Shown here: positions 22,979 to 34,347 of the stretch, piece after piece | How the letters are laid out: the number at the start of each line of letters is the position of its first letter | How positions within the stretch are numbered: the first letter of the stretch is position 1 | From: Trypanosoma brucei | Taxonomy: Eukaryota | Assembly (NCBI GenBank): GCA_000002445.1 | Contig: CP000069.1 | Location: 128,001-192,000, forward strand | Reading direction: 5' to 3' | Length of the DNA stretch: 64,000 bases | Translations under genes and position numbers: made by a program | Notes under the pieces: model-generated | What the model saw: the letters and a program-made list of their open reading frames with translations, nothing else | Database searches by the model: none | What the model was told of the DNA's origin: nothing

Positions 22979-25900
22979 ATGAGCTGGCAGGAAGGTGGTG
23001 GAAGAGGATGTGTGTACCCTCATGGAAACTGCAGGCGGAACCTTACCGCAAGGAGCCCTGCAAGGCGTTACAGCAAGTACAAGCACTCACCTGTCATTAC
23101 TGCTGTATCACTGCTACACTTGTTGCCTTTGCTACTCATGTGGATGCCACCTGTGTGCGCGGAAGCGAGTACTGTGACGGTAAATGTGCTATCCATGATG
23201 CATAATCCAGCTTATACCGAAGGTGAAATTAACGCCATTAATGCCGGCTTTGACGCATCACTGAGTGCCCACAGCCGGAAGACGGGCTCTAATGCGACAA
23301 TATCTGTCATCCGTCACCCATCACCCAATGCGACAGTTGAGGAGATATTTCAGCATGGAATGAAACAAAGTGAAGGGAAGTTATTAGTTGTATTCGGGCC
23401 CCTGGGTAGTGACCGTGTCGCAAATGTCCGTGATAAACTGAAGGAACATGATCTTGTTGCCCTCGCTCCCGTTGCGCACTCCAGTGAGGTCCGTGGTTGG
23501 AACCCTCACCTCTATTTCATAAGTGTCGAACCCAATGCTGAACTCCTCGCCCTCATTCGTTATGCTGTTGTTTACCTCCGTGTCCCACGAATAGGTATGA
23601 TGCACGTGAAGAGCAGCACCGCCAGTATGGGACCGTATGAGTTTACTGTGCAGATATTGGAAATGATGGGTCGCGAGCTGTGTGGAATGTTCGTTGTGAA
23701 GGATAGTGAGAATCAAAATATCTCTGAGGATGATTTGAACGTCAGGTGGAGACAATTTGTTGCTACGCGCCCACAGGCTATATTGCTGTTTTCATCCCTG
23801 GGTAATACAGCAAAGTGGTTCATCAAGAAGGTAGCACAGGACAACCGCACTGCCAATGCGTATCTTCTTTCTACTTCACTACAGCAAAATTTTTTGATCA
23901 AGATGTGGCGTGAGGCATTGGCGTTAGCTAATCGTACATTCACTCCTGGACAGCTAATCACAACTGGAACAGTGCCGCTCGCCAGCGACATTCGGTTCTC
24001 ACTGATTCAGCACTTCCAGCATGACATGGACATCTACCTCAGGACAAACAATGACTGGAAGGGCTTTGCGAAACCCGATCACTACCTTGAGGACGACGGT
24101 TTAGGTGAGATGATGGTGTATGGGTGGCTTGCGGGAGAAGTTCTCTTCGAAGCTCTGAATAACGCTCCACAGCTGACGAACCGTAAATCATTCAGGGAAT
24201 CTCTGTACAAGCAGCGTCGCTACGTGATTGATGACCTTGTGGTTGGTGACTTTGGTGGTGAGTGCAATGAGGCCGTTGCATTACAGGGTGCCATGTGTGA
24301 ATGCAATCAAGGTGGCAGTATGGTATATATGAAGAGTATAATGGATGGCTTCCGACCAGCGCCTTTGTGGGAAGGACATCTAACGTGGGGTGTATCAGAG
24401 TGCTCGAGTGCCAATGTACATGTGGGTGCGCCATTGAGTGGCCTCTTTTTGCTTCTCGCAGATAATGAAATTGCATTACGTGCGAGCAGGAAGTGGTTTC
24501 TTGGTGCCGAGGTTCATGGCAAGGAAGCGGAGAATATTGACAATAGAATATTTTTCCATCCCCTAACAGTATCTTCAGAGAATGTGACGCAATCCCTTGA
24601 GCAAGTACAGGACAACAGGGATGTATCTGCAGTATTTGGTATCATGCCTGGAGGGCTTCTGGATCGAAAAGATTTAGTGTTCATCAGTCCTATGACACTT
24701 CGACCCCGCATGAAATTGTTTAGGAGAAACGTAATACACTTACTGCCTGTCCTTGCGCAGCAACTTTATGTGCTTGCTGTGTATCTCTCCAACACTTCTT
24801 CCAGAGGAGTAAATGCACTCATACGTAGTGAGCAAGCAGGGGAGATCAGTAGCCTGCTGTACAAGTCATTGGACACGTTTGGTGTGCCGCTTGATTCCAG
24901 CAAGACACTTGGTGATGGTGACCCGATATCGTCATATCTCTCGGGTGATGGAGATGTGTTTACTATTGGACTCACTCTCACTGACGTTGCTGCAGTTGCG
25001 CGGCACCTTCAGGCACACCGCAGGGCACGTGTATTCATTCCATTCAATGACCTTGCAATGTACTACGATGAGTTTGTAGCTGCGTTTAATGCGAGTAAAG
25101 AGTCTATTGCTAGCTCAGAGCGGCTCCTATTCGCGACGAGTTTTCCACACTGGGCGGAGAAGGACACGAAATCAGATGTGGTTGCGAGTTTCCATCGCAT
25201 TGTGAATGAATCGCATTGGGATCCACTAACGTTCTTAGGTTTTGTTACCACTCGGCTGCTTCAAGTGATTCTCCCGAATATGAAGAAAGTGAATGCAGAG
25301 CTGCTGGCAGACCGCATTTACACGGAGTCCAACATCAAAGTGGATGACATGCGATTTGGACCCTTCAATGATGTGGAATGTGTTTCTGGTACGAGTGTTT
25401 CGGCAAATGAGTGTGCCTCAAACTTTGGAGCCACAAACATTTCTGTATGGTCGATGGCGCGTGTGCTGAATTCAAGTGTGCCCATATTGCAACGCGGCAT
25501 GACACCGTCTATGGGGTTTTCCATTGCAGGAGGGAGTCGTCTCACAGGGTCACAGATAGCCGGCATAGGTATCGGGTGTATAGCCGGCTTGATACCTTTT
25601 ATTGCCCTTGGTGTGCTCCTACGCATCACCCTGCGGAATGCTCGTGATAACAATCTTGCGCCCAAGGAGCCAACGGACCCTGTGACACTAATATTTACTG
25701 ACATTGAGAGCAGCACTGCGTTGTGGGCTGCACACCCTGAGCTGATGCCCGATGCCGTTGCGACACATCACTATTTGATTCGTTCACTGATTGCGAGGTA
25801 TAAGTGCTACGAAGTCAAAACTGTAGGGGATTCGTTCATGATAGCGAGTAAGAGTCCTTTCGCTGCCGTCCAACTCGCACAGGAATTACAGCTGTGTTTC

Positions 25901-26797
25901 TTGCAACATGACTGGGGAACAAATGCAGTTGATGATTCTTACCAGCAGTTTGAGCAGCAGCGTGCGGAGGAGGACGAGAAGTACACACCGCCAACTGCGC
26001 GGTTGGACCTTAAAGTGTACAGTCGTTTGTGGAATGGCCTGCGTGTACGTGTTGGAATCCACACCGGGTTGTGCGATATCCGACACGATGAAGTGACGAA
26101 GGGATATGACTACTATGGGCGGACTCCAAACATGGCAGCAAGGACAGAGAGTGTAGCAAATGGTGGTCAGGTGCTGATAACAGGCTCAACATACCTGTCA
26201 CTGTCAGCTGAGGAGCGTGAGCAAATTGATGTCACTGCACTTGGTGGTGTGCCGCTACGTGGTGTGCCCGATCCTGTGGAAATGTACCAGTTGAATGCCG
26301 TGCCTGGCCGCAACTTTGCTGCATTACGGCTGGAACGTGAAATCGAGGATGAAGAAGATGTTGGAACAGGTAGTAGCGCTAGTGAGTCGAGCTTTAATGA
26401 GTGTGGTTTAACTGCCACCGCCCAACAGGTTGCTGGTTGCATTGATGCTCTCATTGGCGCATTTCCAGTTATCCAGCGACAGAAGATGCTTGCAACATTT
26501 TGTGAGCGTTGGCATGTTAAGAAGCCCCCAGGGGTGGATGCTTGGAATGAAGCCAGTTGTCGCTGTGTTACCCGTCGGATTGCTGCAAAGGTGGGCCGTG
26601 TTATGGATTTTGGAACGAGGAGCTCCTCCAGCAGTGTGACATCATTGGAAAGGGGTGGAAGTCTCTTTTCACCTGGAGGAGCTACTGTTGCAACGGTTGC
26701 TTCATCTTCAAACTTTTCCTATGTTGAGGGGCGACGCTGCACTCTGCACTTGATTGACCTGGAAAGTGTTGAGAGTGCCAGCCAATATCCTTCATGA
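22979..26797 (+). CDS. GRESAG4: receptor-type adenylate cyclase GRESAG4-like, full length (F2)
   Basis: 1272-aa frame from ATG 22979 (the ORF-track start 22958 is a GTG). Same domain order and cyclase motifs as F1. About 97-99% identical to F1/F3 outside a few mosaic patches. Confidence 0.9.
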   Translation: MSWQEGGGRGCVYPHGNCRRNLTARSPARRYSKYKHSPVITAVSLLHLLPLLLMWMPPVCAEASTVTVNVLSMMHNPAYTEGEINAINAGFDASLSAHSRKTGSNATISVIRHPSPNATVEEIFQHGMKQSEGKLLVVFGPLGSDRVANVRDKLKEHDLVALAPVAHSSEVRGWNPHLYFISVEPNAELLALIRYAVVYLRVPRIGMMHVKSSTASMGPYEFTVQILEMMGRELCGMFVVKDSENQNISEDDLNVRWRQFVATRPQAILLFSSLGNTAKWFIKKVAQDNRTANAYLLSTSLQQNFLIKMWREALALANRTFTPGQLITTGTVPLASDIRFSLIQHFQHDMDIYLRTNNDWKGFAKPDHYLEDDGLGEMMVYGWLAGEVLFEALNNAPQLTNRKSFRESLYKQRRYVIDDLVVGDFGGECNEAVALQGAMCECNQGGSMVYMKSIMDGFRPAPLWEGHLTWGVSECSSANVHVGAPLSGLFLLLADNEIALRASRKWFLGAEVHGKEAENIDNRIFFHPLTVSSENVTQSLEQVQDNRDVSAVFGIMPGGLLDRKDLVFISPMTLRPRMKLFRRNVIHLLPVLAQQLYVLAVYLSNTSSRGVNALIRSEQAGEISSLLYKSLDTFGVPLDSSKTLGDGDPISSYLSGDGDVFTIGLTLTDVAAVARHLQAHRRARVFIPFNDLAMYYDEFVAAFNASKESIASSERLLFATSFPHWAEKDTKSDVVASFHRIVNESHWDPLTFLGFVTTRLLQVILPNMKKVNAELLADRIYTESNIKVDDMRFGPFNDVECVSGTSVSANECASNFGATNISVWSMARVLNSSVPILQRGMTPSMGFSIAGGSRLTGSQIAGIGIGCIAGLIPFIALGVLLRITLRNARDNNLAPKEPTDPVTLIFTDIESSTALWAAHPELMPDAVATHHYLIRSLIARYKCYEVKTVGDSFMIASKSPFAAVQLAQELQLCFLQHDWGTNAVDDSYQQFEQQRAEEDEKYTPPTARLDLKVYSRLWNGLRVRVGIHTGLCDIRHDEVTKGYDYYGRTPNMAARTESVANGGQVLITGSTYLSLSAEEREQIDVTALGGVPLRGVPDPVEMYQLNAVPGRNFAALRLEREIEDEEDVGTGSSASESSFNECGLTATAQQVAGCIDALIGAFPVIQRQKMLATFCERWHVKKPPGVDAWNEASCRCVTRRIAAKVGRVMDFGTRSSSSSVTSLERGGSLFSPGGATVATVASSSNFSYVEGRRCTLHLIDLESVESASQYPS

Positions 26798-27949
26798 CAT
26801 TGATGTATGTTTTGTTGTTGTAAATGGATAATAATGTTTATATAATTTAAATTATTTTTAGATTAGTCTTGTATAAGGCATTTTTAACTCTTTGCTCCCC
26901 AACTTTTTGCGCATGCAATATTTCCCTCATATGTTGGGTGTTTAAATATTTTTATGCACAGGGATGCATTTTATTTCTGAAATGGGCACACCATTTTTTG
27001 ATTGTAATATATGAAAGTCGTTAATTTTCTGTTTAACGTAGTGAGGGATGTGTGCATCCACGCCACCATTAATGCTTAAATTTTCGTAAATAATATCTTA
27101 TTTAAATTTAAATTGCCGTCCGTGTGGGCCGTTGTCAAGTGAGGCGCTCCACCTCTAATGTGTTGTTAGGAGCTGTGTCCCTGCATTTAAAAATGTGTTT
27201 GATAATAAGGTGATGCCCATGAAGCGGAGGCTATAGCGAAGTAAAAGTGACCTCCTGTGCTTATCCCTCGCGTCTACCCTAATCTTTTTTTTTCATTCGG
27301 AGATGCTGGCTTGTAAGAGGTATCTCTTAATCACCTTGCTGCATGTAACTATTTGCAATATCTGATACATGTGTATAACTTCCTTTATATTTCTCTATGG
27401 TTGCTGAAACTTTCCTCATATTCTCTCGCACACTCTCTTTTACTCCTAGACAGTCAAGGAATATGAAACTGAGCAATGTCTGCCGTGATGTTGTGAGTTA
27501 AAATTTACAGTTTGAGTGTTAACTGTGACTGTTAGTGTGCTGTGTTTTTGTTAATGGCAATCCAGTTTATGATACTGTAATGTTCTATCTACACATTTAC
27601 CCTTATGCCTAGTGATGTTATATTTTTTTGTATCGGATACATGAATGATATGTGGGTGTATGGGGGAATGTGTGTTGAACTACTTTCTCGCTGTTATGGT
27701 TTGTGTAATGTTATCCACTACAGTAGTTCCCTTTCCCACGCTCTTACATATACATATGCAGTCTATTAATCTTGTACCAATACTTTGTTATTATGCCCTT
27801 TTTGTCCTGTAGTTTGAAAGTTGAATTACGTTGAGTTACTAGTATCACGGTTACCTCCATGCGTGAATTACATGCTAGAGATGGCGTAGTCACTTACGTA
27901 GTGTTTTTCTATGTTACTACAGCTGCTGGCTGAAGTATAGCTTGCAAAT
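26798..27949 (+). repeat. T spacer copy 2
   Basis: Near-identical to 38155-39319 and to the reverse complement of 8231-9384. Confidence 0.75.
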
Positions 27950-30900
27950 GGATTATTATGGGTAAGGGTATACAACATGTTATACAGTGACAAGATTTCA
28001 GCAAAGGTATTTGATCCTATTACTGCAGGCTTCAACGCATCTATTACCAACGGGAAGTCGCTTCCGTGTGTCAGTGTGGCAGTTGCATATGTTCCGTCTC
28101 TGGATGACTTTGGATACGCCATCTGTACAACCAATTACGGTGATGAGCTTGCTATTATACTGGAATCTGTGGGTGACAAAAATACTCTCAACTTAACCAA
28201 ATATTTCAATGAAAAGAATGTGTAGTTGATTTCTTACCTTTCACAGGATTCAGTAGGGTACACAGTTGGAATCCCAATTTATACCTCCTGGAAGCACCAC
28301 TCGCCGTTGAGATGCTTGCTCTTTTCCGTTATGCTATCACTCAGTTACGGTCACACCGACTGGATTTCATGTATTTGAAAGATGTTTCTTATGGTGATGA
28401 TGAGTATAAGCTTGCTGCGTAGTTGGCAACACGGATGAATCGCAAGTTGTTTAGTTGTTATTTTTTTTTTTTTTGCATTGAAGAGTCAACTTGATAAGGA
28501 ATCGGATAACAGGAGCTTCAGTGCGGAGTGTAATAAGGTTGCCGATACTGGACCTCAGGGAATGATTGTATTTGGTTCTCCAATCCCTGATATGAAGAGA
28601 TTCCCCATGAAATGATTATATGACCACAGGACAAGAGGCGAATATTTATTCATACACCCTCTGCACTCCAACACGCCATCAAGAACAAGTGGGCATATAA
28701 ATTGGGTAGAGACGAGTTTGTGGCTGCTAAGATAATAATAACTGGGGCTGACCTAATTACGAAGGGTGACACATACAAAGCTGTCAGGCGTTTCAGAGAT
28801 GATATGACTATGTTGTTAAAGGTTAATGGTAATAACTATAAGCGCACAAGGTGGGATATTAACGAAAATAACTTCACCGAGCAAGACGCTGAAGCTGAGC
28901 TGACATTGAACAGATGGGTTGCTGGAGAGGTATTGAAACAGGCACTGAGTTGTCACGAATAGCTAACTAGCAGGGGTGTATTTATGAAATCACTGTACAA
29001 TAAACGTCGTTATCCAATTGATAATATTGTGGTTGGTGACTTTGGTGGTGAGTGCCGTAATAAGGCGGGAGAGCGGGGTGTATCGTGTTTACGTAACCAA
29101 GGTGGGAGTGTGATGTGCATGAAGAAGGTGGAAAAGGATCTCCATCTACACCCTATGAAGGAAGCTATATTAACCCTTGGTTCATCTCGCTGTTATCGAG
29201 ACCTGCCACAGTTGTATGGCCCATTGAGTGGGGTCATGTTTAATATAACCGATGACCCAAAGGCACTGCGTACTGCATAGATGGTATACGATGGTGTCCC
29301 TCATGTTGTTGGCAAAGGTCAACTGGGTCTCTGATAGTTTCTTTTTACACTGACTATCCTCGAAATTTTACGAAGCTTCTGCAACTCTGTATAATGATGT
29401 TGAGAAACGAGTTGTAACTGCTGTGCTTGGTGTCGTGGATAATTCGTTACTACGGACGAAGGGTATGGCATTCATCGATCCTATAATACTCACATCACAA
29501 CCGAGTAACCCCAGAAGGAATGTGATCCACCTGTTACCAACAAATGAGCAGCAGTTATTTATGATAGTTGAGCATATTATACAAAATGGTGCAGGAAGGA
29601 TGCATTTCATTGTGTGTCGTGGTGGTGATACGAGAGGAATTAGGAATATGTTGCAAAAACACTTGACAACTTTAACACATCACTAAGCTTCTTTGTTGCG
29701 AGTGGTGAAGGTCCTATTTTGAGAGACAAGCTGTCAACTGCATGTGAGGTATTGGTTGTAGGTCTTATCCCATATAATATCCCCATAATCCTCTCTCACC
29801 CTAACAAACACCGTAATGCGCACGTCTTCGTCCTGTTCTTCGATGATGCACCAATCCACGGCGAACTCATGAATGCCTTCCATGAAGAGCCATTTTCTAG
29901 CCGCTTGCTATTCGCAACGAATCTGTCACATCGGAGGGATAAGATCACGGAGTCCAAAACAGTACGTGAGTTCCGCAAGATCGTGCAGAATGAGTCGAAG
30001 TGGAAGCCGTTGTCACTACTTGGGTCTGCCATCGCATACGCAATGGGAAGTGTCCTGCAATGTATGGGTCGTTTGGAGACAAGTGTACGAACGAAACTTG
30101 ACTTGAGGCGAAGCACTGTTGTCAACTGTGGTGCGATGCATATTTTTGTATGGTCGATGTCACATGTTCTAAACCCTTTTGTGTCCTCTGCGCTGTCGTC
30201 TGCCACACTGTCAGTGACCTATGATGAACCGAGATGGATCCAACAGATAACTGAGCAAATTGCCGCTATTGCAGTTATCTTCGTCGTAATCTTGGTGCCG
30301 CTTGTTACGGTTCTTGTGGTTGTTATATTAGCAACACACCGGAATGCTCGTGATAACAATCTTGCGCCCAAGGAACCAACTGACCCCGTGACACTAATAT
30401 TTACTGACATTGAGAGCAGCACTGCGTTGTGGGCTGCACACCCTGAACTGACGCCCGATGCCGTTGCAACACATCACTATTTGATTCGTTTACTGATTGG
30501 GAGGTATAAGTGCTACGAAGTCAAAACTGTAGGGGATTCGTTCATGATAGCGAGTAAGAGTCCTTTCGCTGCCGTCCAACTCGCACAGGAACTGCAGCTG
30601 CGTTTCTTGCATCATGACTGGGGAACAAATGCACTTGATGAGTCCTACCAGCAGTTTGAGCAGCAGCGTGCGGAGGAGGACGAGAAGTACACACCGCCAA
30701 CTGCGCGGTTGGACCCTAAAGTGTACAGTCGTTTGTGGAATGGCCTGCGTGTACGTGTTGGAATCCACACCGGGTTATGCGACATCCGACACGATGAAGT
30801 GACGAAGGGATATGACTACTATGGGCGGACCCCAAACATGGCAGCAAGGACGGAGAGTGTAGCAAATGGTGGTCAGGTGCTGATAACAGGCTCAACATAC

Positions 30901-31443
30901 CTGTCACTGTCGGCTGAGGAGCGTGAGCAAATTGATGTCACTGCACTTGGTGATGTTGCACTTCGTGGCGTGAATGATCATGTGGAAATGTACCAGTTGA
31001 ATGCCGTGCCTGGCCGCAACTTTGCTGCATTACGGCTGGATCGCGAACTCTTTGATGAAGACGAGGATGGCACGACAACCTCCACCAGCGACCACAGTTC
31101 TTCACGTGCCGAGCTGAGTGAATCAGCTTAGATATTGAACTCACTGCAGTCTGTTTTCCGAACTTTTAAAGCAGCGCAACGGGGGAATCTTCTGGCGTCG
31201 CTTTGTGAGCGTTGGCGTGTGCCTCTTCCCCGTGAAGCCGCATTCGAGTGGGATGACGCCTACTGTGAGGAAGTGGTGCGTCGCATTGCAGTTAAGGTTG
31301 GGCGTGTCGCTAACCGTAGCGCTCAAAGTGGAAGCAGTGAAGCTTCTGTGAGTACTGAAGAGGGCTCAATCATAATTGTTCCATTCGTTGGTTCACATTT
31401 CAGAGAAGGCCACTTTGGGTGTCCGCTTCCGTCGTTACACTAG
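27950..31443 (+). pseudogene. P2: degenerate divergent adenylate cyclase paralog; catalytic frame additionally cut by an in-frame TAG at 31129-31131
   Basis: Same ordered fragment ORFs as P1/P3/P4 (27977-28225, 28702-28962, 28984-29280, 29423-29686), then the 470-aa frame 29719-31131. A 3-nt indel relative to P3 (gcacaatcga to gcttaga) creates the TAG. The tail frame 31135-31443 continues in register. Confidence 0.75.
29719..31131 (+). CDS. TM + cyclase catalytic domain frame of P2 (470 codons, C-terminal tail lost to premature stop)
   Basis: Motifs FTDIESSTALW, KTVGDSFMIA, GIHTG, DYYGRTPNMAARTES. Carries the F-like patch QVLITGSTYLSLS where the other P copies have THEVYMS. Confidence 0.5.
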   Translation: MRDKLSTACEVLVVGLIPYNIPIILSHPNKHRNAHVFVLFFDDAPIHGELMNAFHEEPFSSRLLFATNLSHRRDKITESKTVREFRKIVQNESKWKPLSLLGSAIAYAMGSVLQCMGRLETSVRTKLDLRRSTVVNCGAMHIFVWSMSHVLNPFVSSALSSATLSVTYDEPRWIQQITEQIAAIAVIFVVILVPLVTVLVVVILATHRNARDNNLAPKEPTDPVTLIFTDIESSTALWAAHPELTPDAVATHHYLIRLLIGRYKCYEVKTVGDSFMIASKSPFAAVQLAQELQLRFLHHDWGTNALDESYQQFEQQRAEEDEKYTPPTARLDPKVYSRLWNGLRVRVGIHTGLCDIRHDEVTKGYDYYGRTPNMAARTESVANGGQVLITGSTYLSLSAEEREQIDVTALGDVALRGVNDHVEMYQLNAVPGRNFAALRLDRELFDEDEDGTTTSTSDHSSSRAELSESA

Positions 31444-34045
31444 TGGTACTGTTGCACGTCATAAAGCGTACAAATCTCTTAGTTTTACTCGGCGGAAAAG
31501 TTAATTAGCATACCGATTGTAGTAGTTGTTAGTGAATTTTAACGTAGTCTCGGTAGGGTTTGTCTTTTGTATCTATTTTTATCTTTTGCCATCTATTTAT
31601 TATTACATTTTTTACATTCTATTTTTGGTGGCTGCTGCCTCTGCATTAAAGCACATACTAATCTTAAGAGGGAACATGCCCTCTGTTAGATTACACGTGC
31701 GTTGTCTTTCAAGACACTGAATTAACACATGCATGTGTTTTGCCGTGTCAGCGCCGGTTGGTTTCTTACTGTTCCAAATCCGACCCTTATGGAAGACAGG
31801 ACGGCTCAACATTTCTTCTAATTTAACCAAAACGTTTTTGTTCTGTGAGTAATCACAAAACGGGATTAGCTATGTACTTTCCCTAAGGGCTCTCTTTTTT
31901 ATTTGTGTCCTTGCCATTTGAGGCTTTAAGAAAAGTAAGGTGAAACATTTCTTTTTCAACACGTCTGTCCTTAAGCGTGCGAGTGCATGACTATTTTTTT
32001 TAAACATTCCACCTCTCACGCCCAATCCCGCAGCCTTTTGGGTACAAAACTGTGTTTCCGTGTGTGTCTGCGTCACGTTTTTCTTTTTGAATCCACTTAA
32101 TGCTAGCGGTGTCTTTAAATATTTTTTCATAATGAGTGTTATGTTGCATGTGTGTTTGTATGTGTTGGGTGTTATGTGGGCTGTTGTATCTCTCTTCGGA
32201 TATACAACCCTTATCACCCTCTGCATTGCTGATGTTACATGTTGTTTCACCAGTTGCATGCTTTCTTTCCCTTCACTCATTTGTGTTGCCGTAAGGATTT
32301 AAGGTATGTGATTGCCTCCATTCCCTCCAGAGTGTGATGTCGATGCATGGGCTTAGTTATGCACTGAAACCCGCGTTGCCTCGCAGTATAACAAAGTTCC
32401 TTCACCATCACAGTTATTGCAGCTTATACTAATTATAGTATTGTGAGGGAGTTTTGTAACACGTTCACTCTGTTAATATTGCTGAGCCTATAATATCCTT
32501 CTGTTATTTACAACACTGTTTGGACACCCGAGGGGAGTGCAGAAATGCCGCTCCTTTATAGGGACAAACCTCATTTATCCGTATTTTGTGGTAATTCAAG
32601 ACTGAACCCTTGACGTTTTAACTGTGTGATGAGGAGCTACGACGAGTTGTGGCGGGAGGGAGCGTCTACGTCGCTGCAGTGTGTAACCTCAACTGAGCAT
32701 TTGGCATAACCTCTACATGCTTCCCTTTACATCATGTGTGTTTGCGTGCATGGGCTCTGATTGTTACTTGCGCATATCTGCCGCCCTCACTTGGGGCTTT
32801 TCCCCCCATGCAGGAGTGTACGCACTGGCAGCCGCTTTGGAGTATCAAAAATACTGCTACGTGCTGAAGATATTATTTGGGAAGGGAACAAATGGAGGGA
32901 AAGACTGTCGACCTTCAGGGGGAAAGGATAAACTCACCTGAATCGCAGCGGAACTCGTGCGGCTGCAGGCATCCAACCTTTTTCCCTCAAGGGCAATTGT
33001 TATCCCTGAGCGGGTTGTTTTATTAATTTTCCAGCCCTGTATGGCCGGAGTGCGTGTGGTCGCGATGTTTATGTAACTCCTTTTGTTACATCACTTTCCT
33101 TCTTTTGTAAACCCCCGTAGTCGCCGGACGCCTCGTGCCGCATGCGGGCCCGATTAATTTTTTGGTTTGGGAATGAGATTGGAGGTACAAACTCTGATGA
33201 GGCCCACTGGCTGATCGCTGCTGCGTTGCTTAGATGCGTTTTTATTATTCCTTACTTCTTTCCAACGCTACGTGGAGAAGGTGTGGTGACGGTGGCAGCA
33301 ACTGTTGGAAGTGCGAAAAAGAGGGCTCAATCATTTCAAAGTGGAAAGGGGCCCATTACCCGGAATTGAAAACTCATCTGATCGCGAACGGCGTTTGGGT
33401 TGCGACCAGGAAATGAAATTTGTGTTACGGTCCAAATACGAAACTTGTTGGGTGGACCCAAGGAAAGAAATAAAATGGATAAATACATGCTCTCTGCTGC
33501 ATGAGACCCGGAATATGAGGAAAATGGTGCGAATGGATGTGGAGGGTGTGTCTAACCGGATGAGTGAGTGACGACGCAACAACACGAAGATGAATGAAGG
33601 AAAAGGGAGGAGTGACAATGCATCCCAAAAGGCAGATGATTGATGTCATAAGAGGGGACCAAGTGTTTCCGCATGATTGCGGCGTCTGCAAGTAAAGTAG
33701 GGTACAAAGGAGAAAAAAAAAGAGAAAGCGGAACTGGATGAGATTCGGTTCTTCCGTCGCGCATGTTCTTACGCCCTTCTTCCACTGCATGTGCTATGCG
33801 ACATTCGTGCCCGAGGGGAAACTTTTCCTGTCTGCAAAGCGCCTTTAAGAAGTATATGAGAGGAACAACCAGCCAAGCAGCCACACAAAAGGCGAAGGAC
33901 ACAACAGAAATTATTAAGAGCCGAGACGCATTAGCCGAGGTAAACGCTGGCGGAAACAAAACAACAAACAAGTGACTGCGGCACTGAAATAAGAAACAAT
34001 CCAAACTCTTGCCCCACATCACACTTAAATACTTCCTTGCAGGAA
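31444..34045 (+). repeat. S spacer copy 2
   Basis: Reverse complement of 2112-4735; same internal blocks. Confidence 0.8.
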
Positions 34046-34347
34046 AGAAGCAGCAACGCACATGAAATACATATACGTGTTTGTGTGACACCATTACCTA
34101 CCAGCGTGTCGGTTGTCCCTTTCTATCATTTGCTCGCAATTTACAGTGACATCATAAACGAGTCGCCTCTTGCTACCTTGACGTGCCTTCATTGCTTTTT
34201 AAGCATTGTTTTGGTTTTGTCGGGAACTTGTTATAGCATCCAACTGTCTGGAAGTGTAATCTTACTGATTTCTATTTTCCCTCTTTTGATATTCTTCCTT
34301 AGGACATAAGATTTCACACACGAAAAGTGTCACACATTACCGAAAAT
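34046..34347 (+). repeat. U5 5' flank of F3
   Basis: Same flank as the other U5 copies. Confidence 0.75.
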
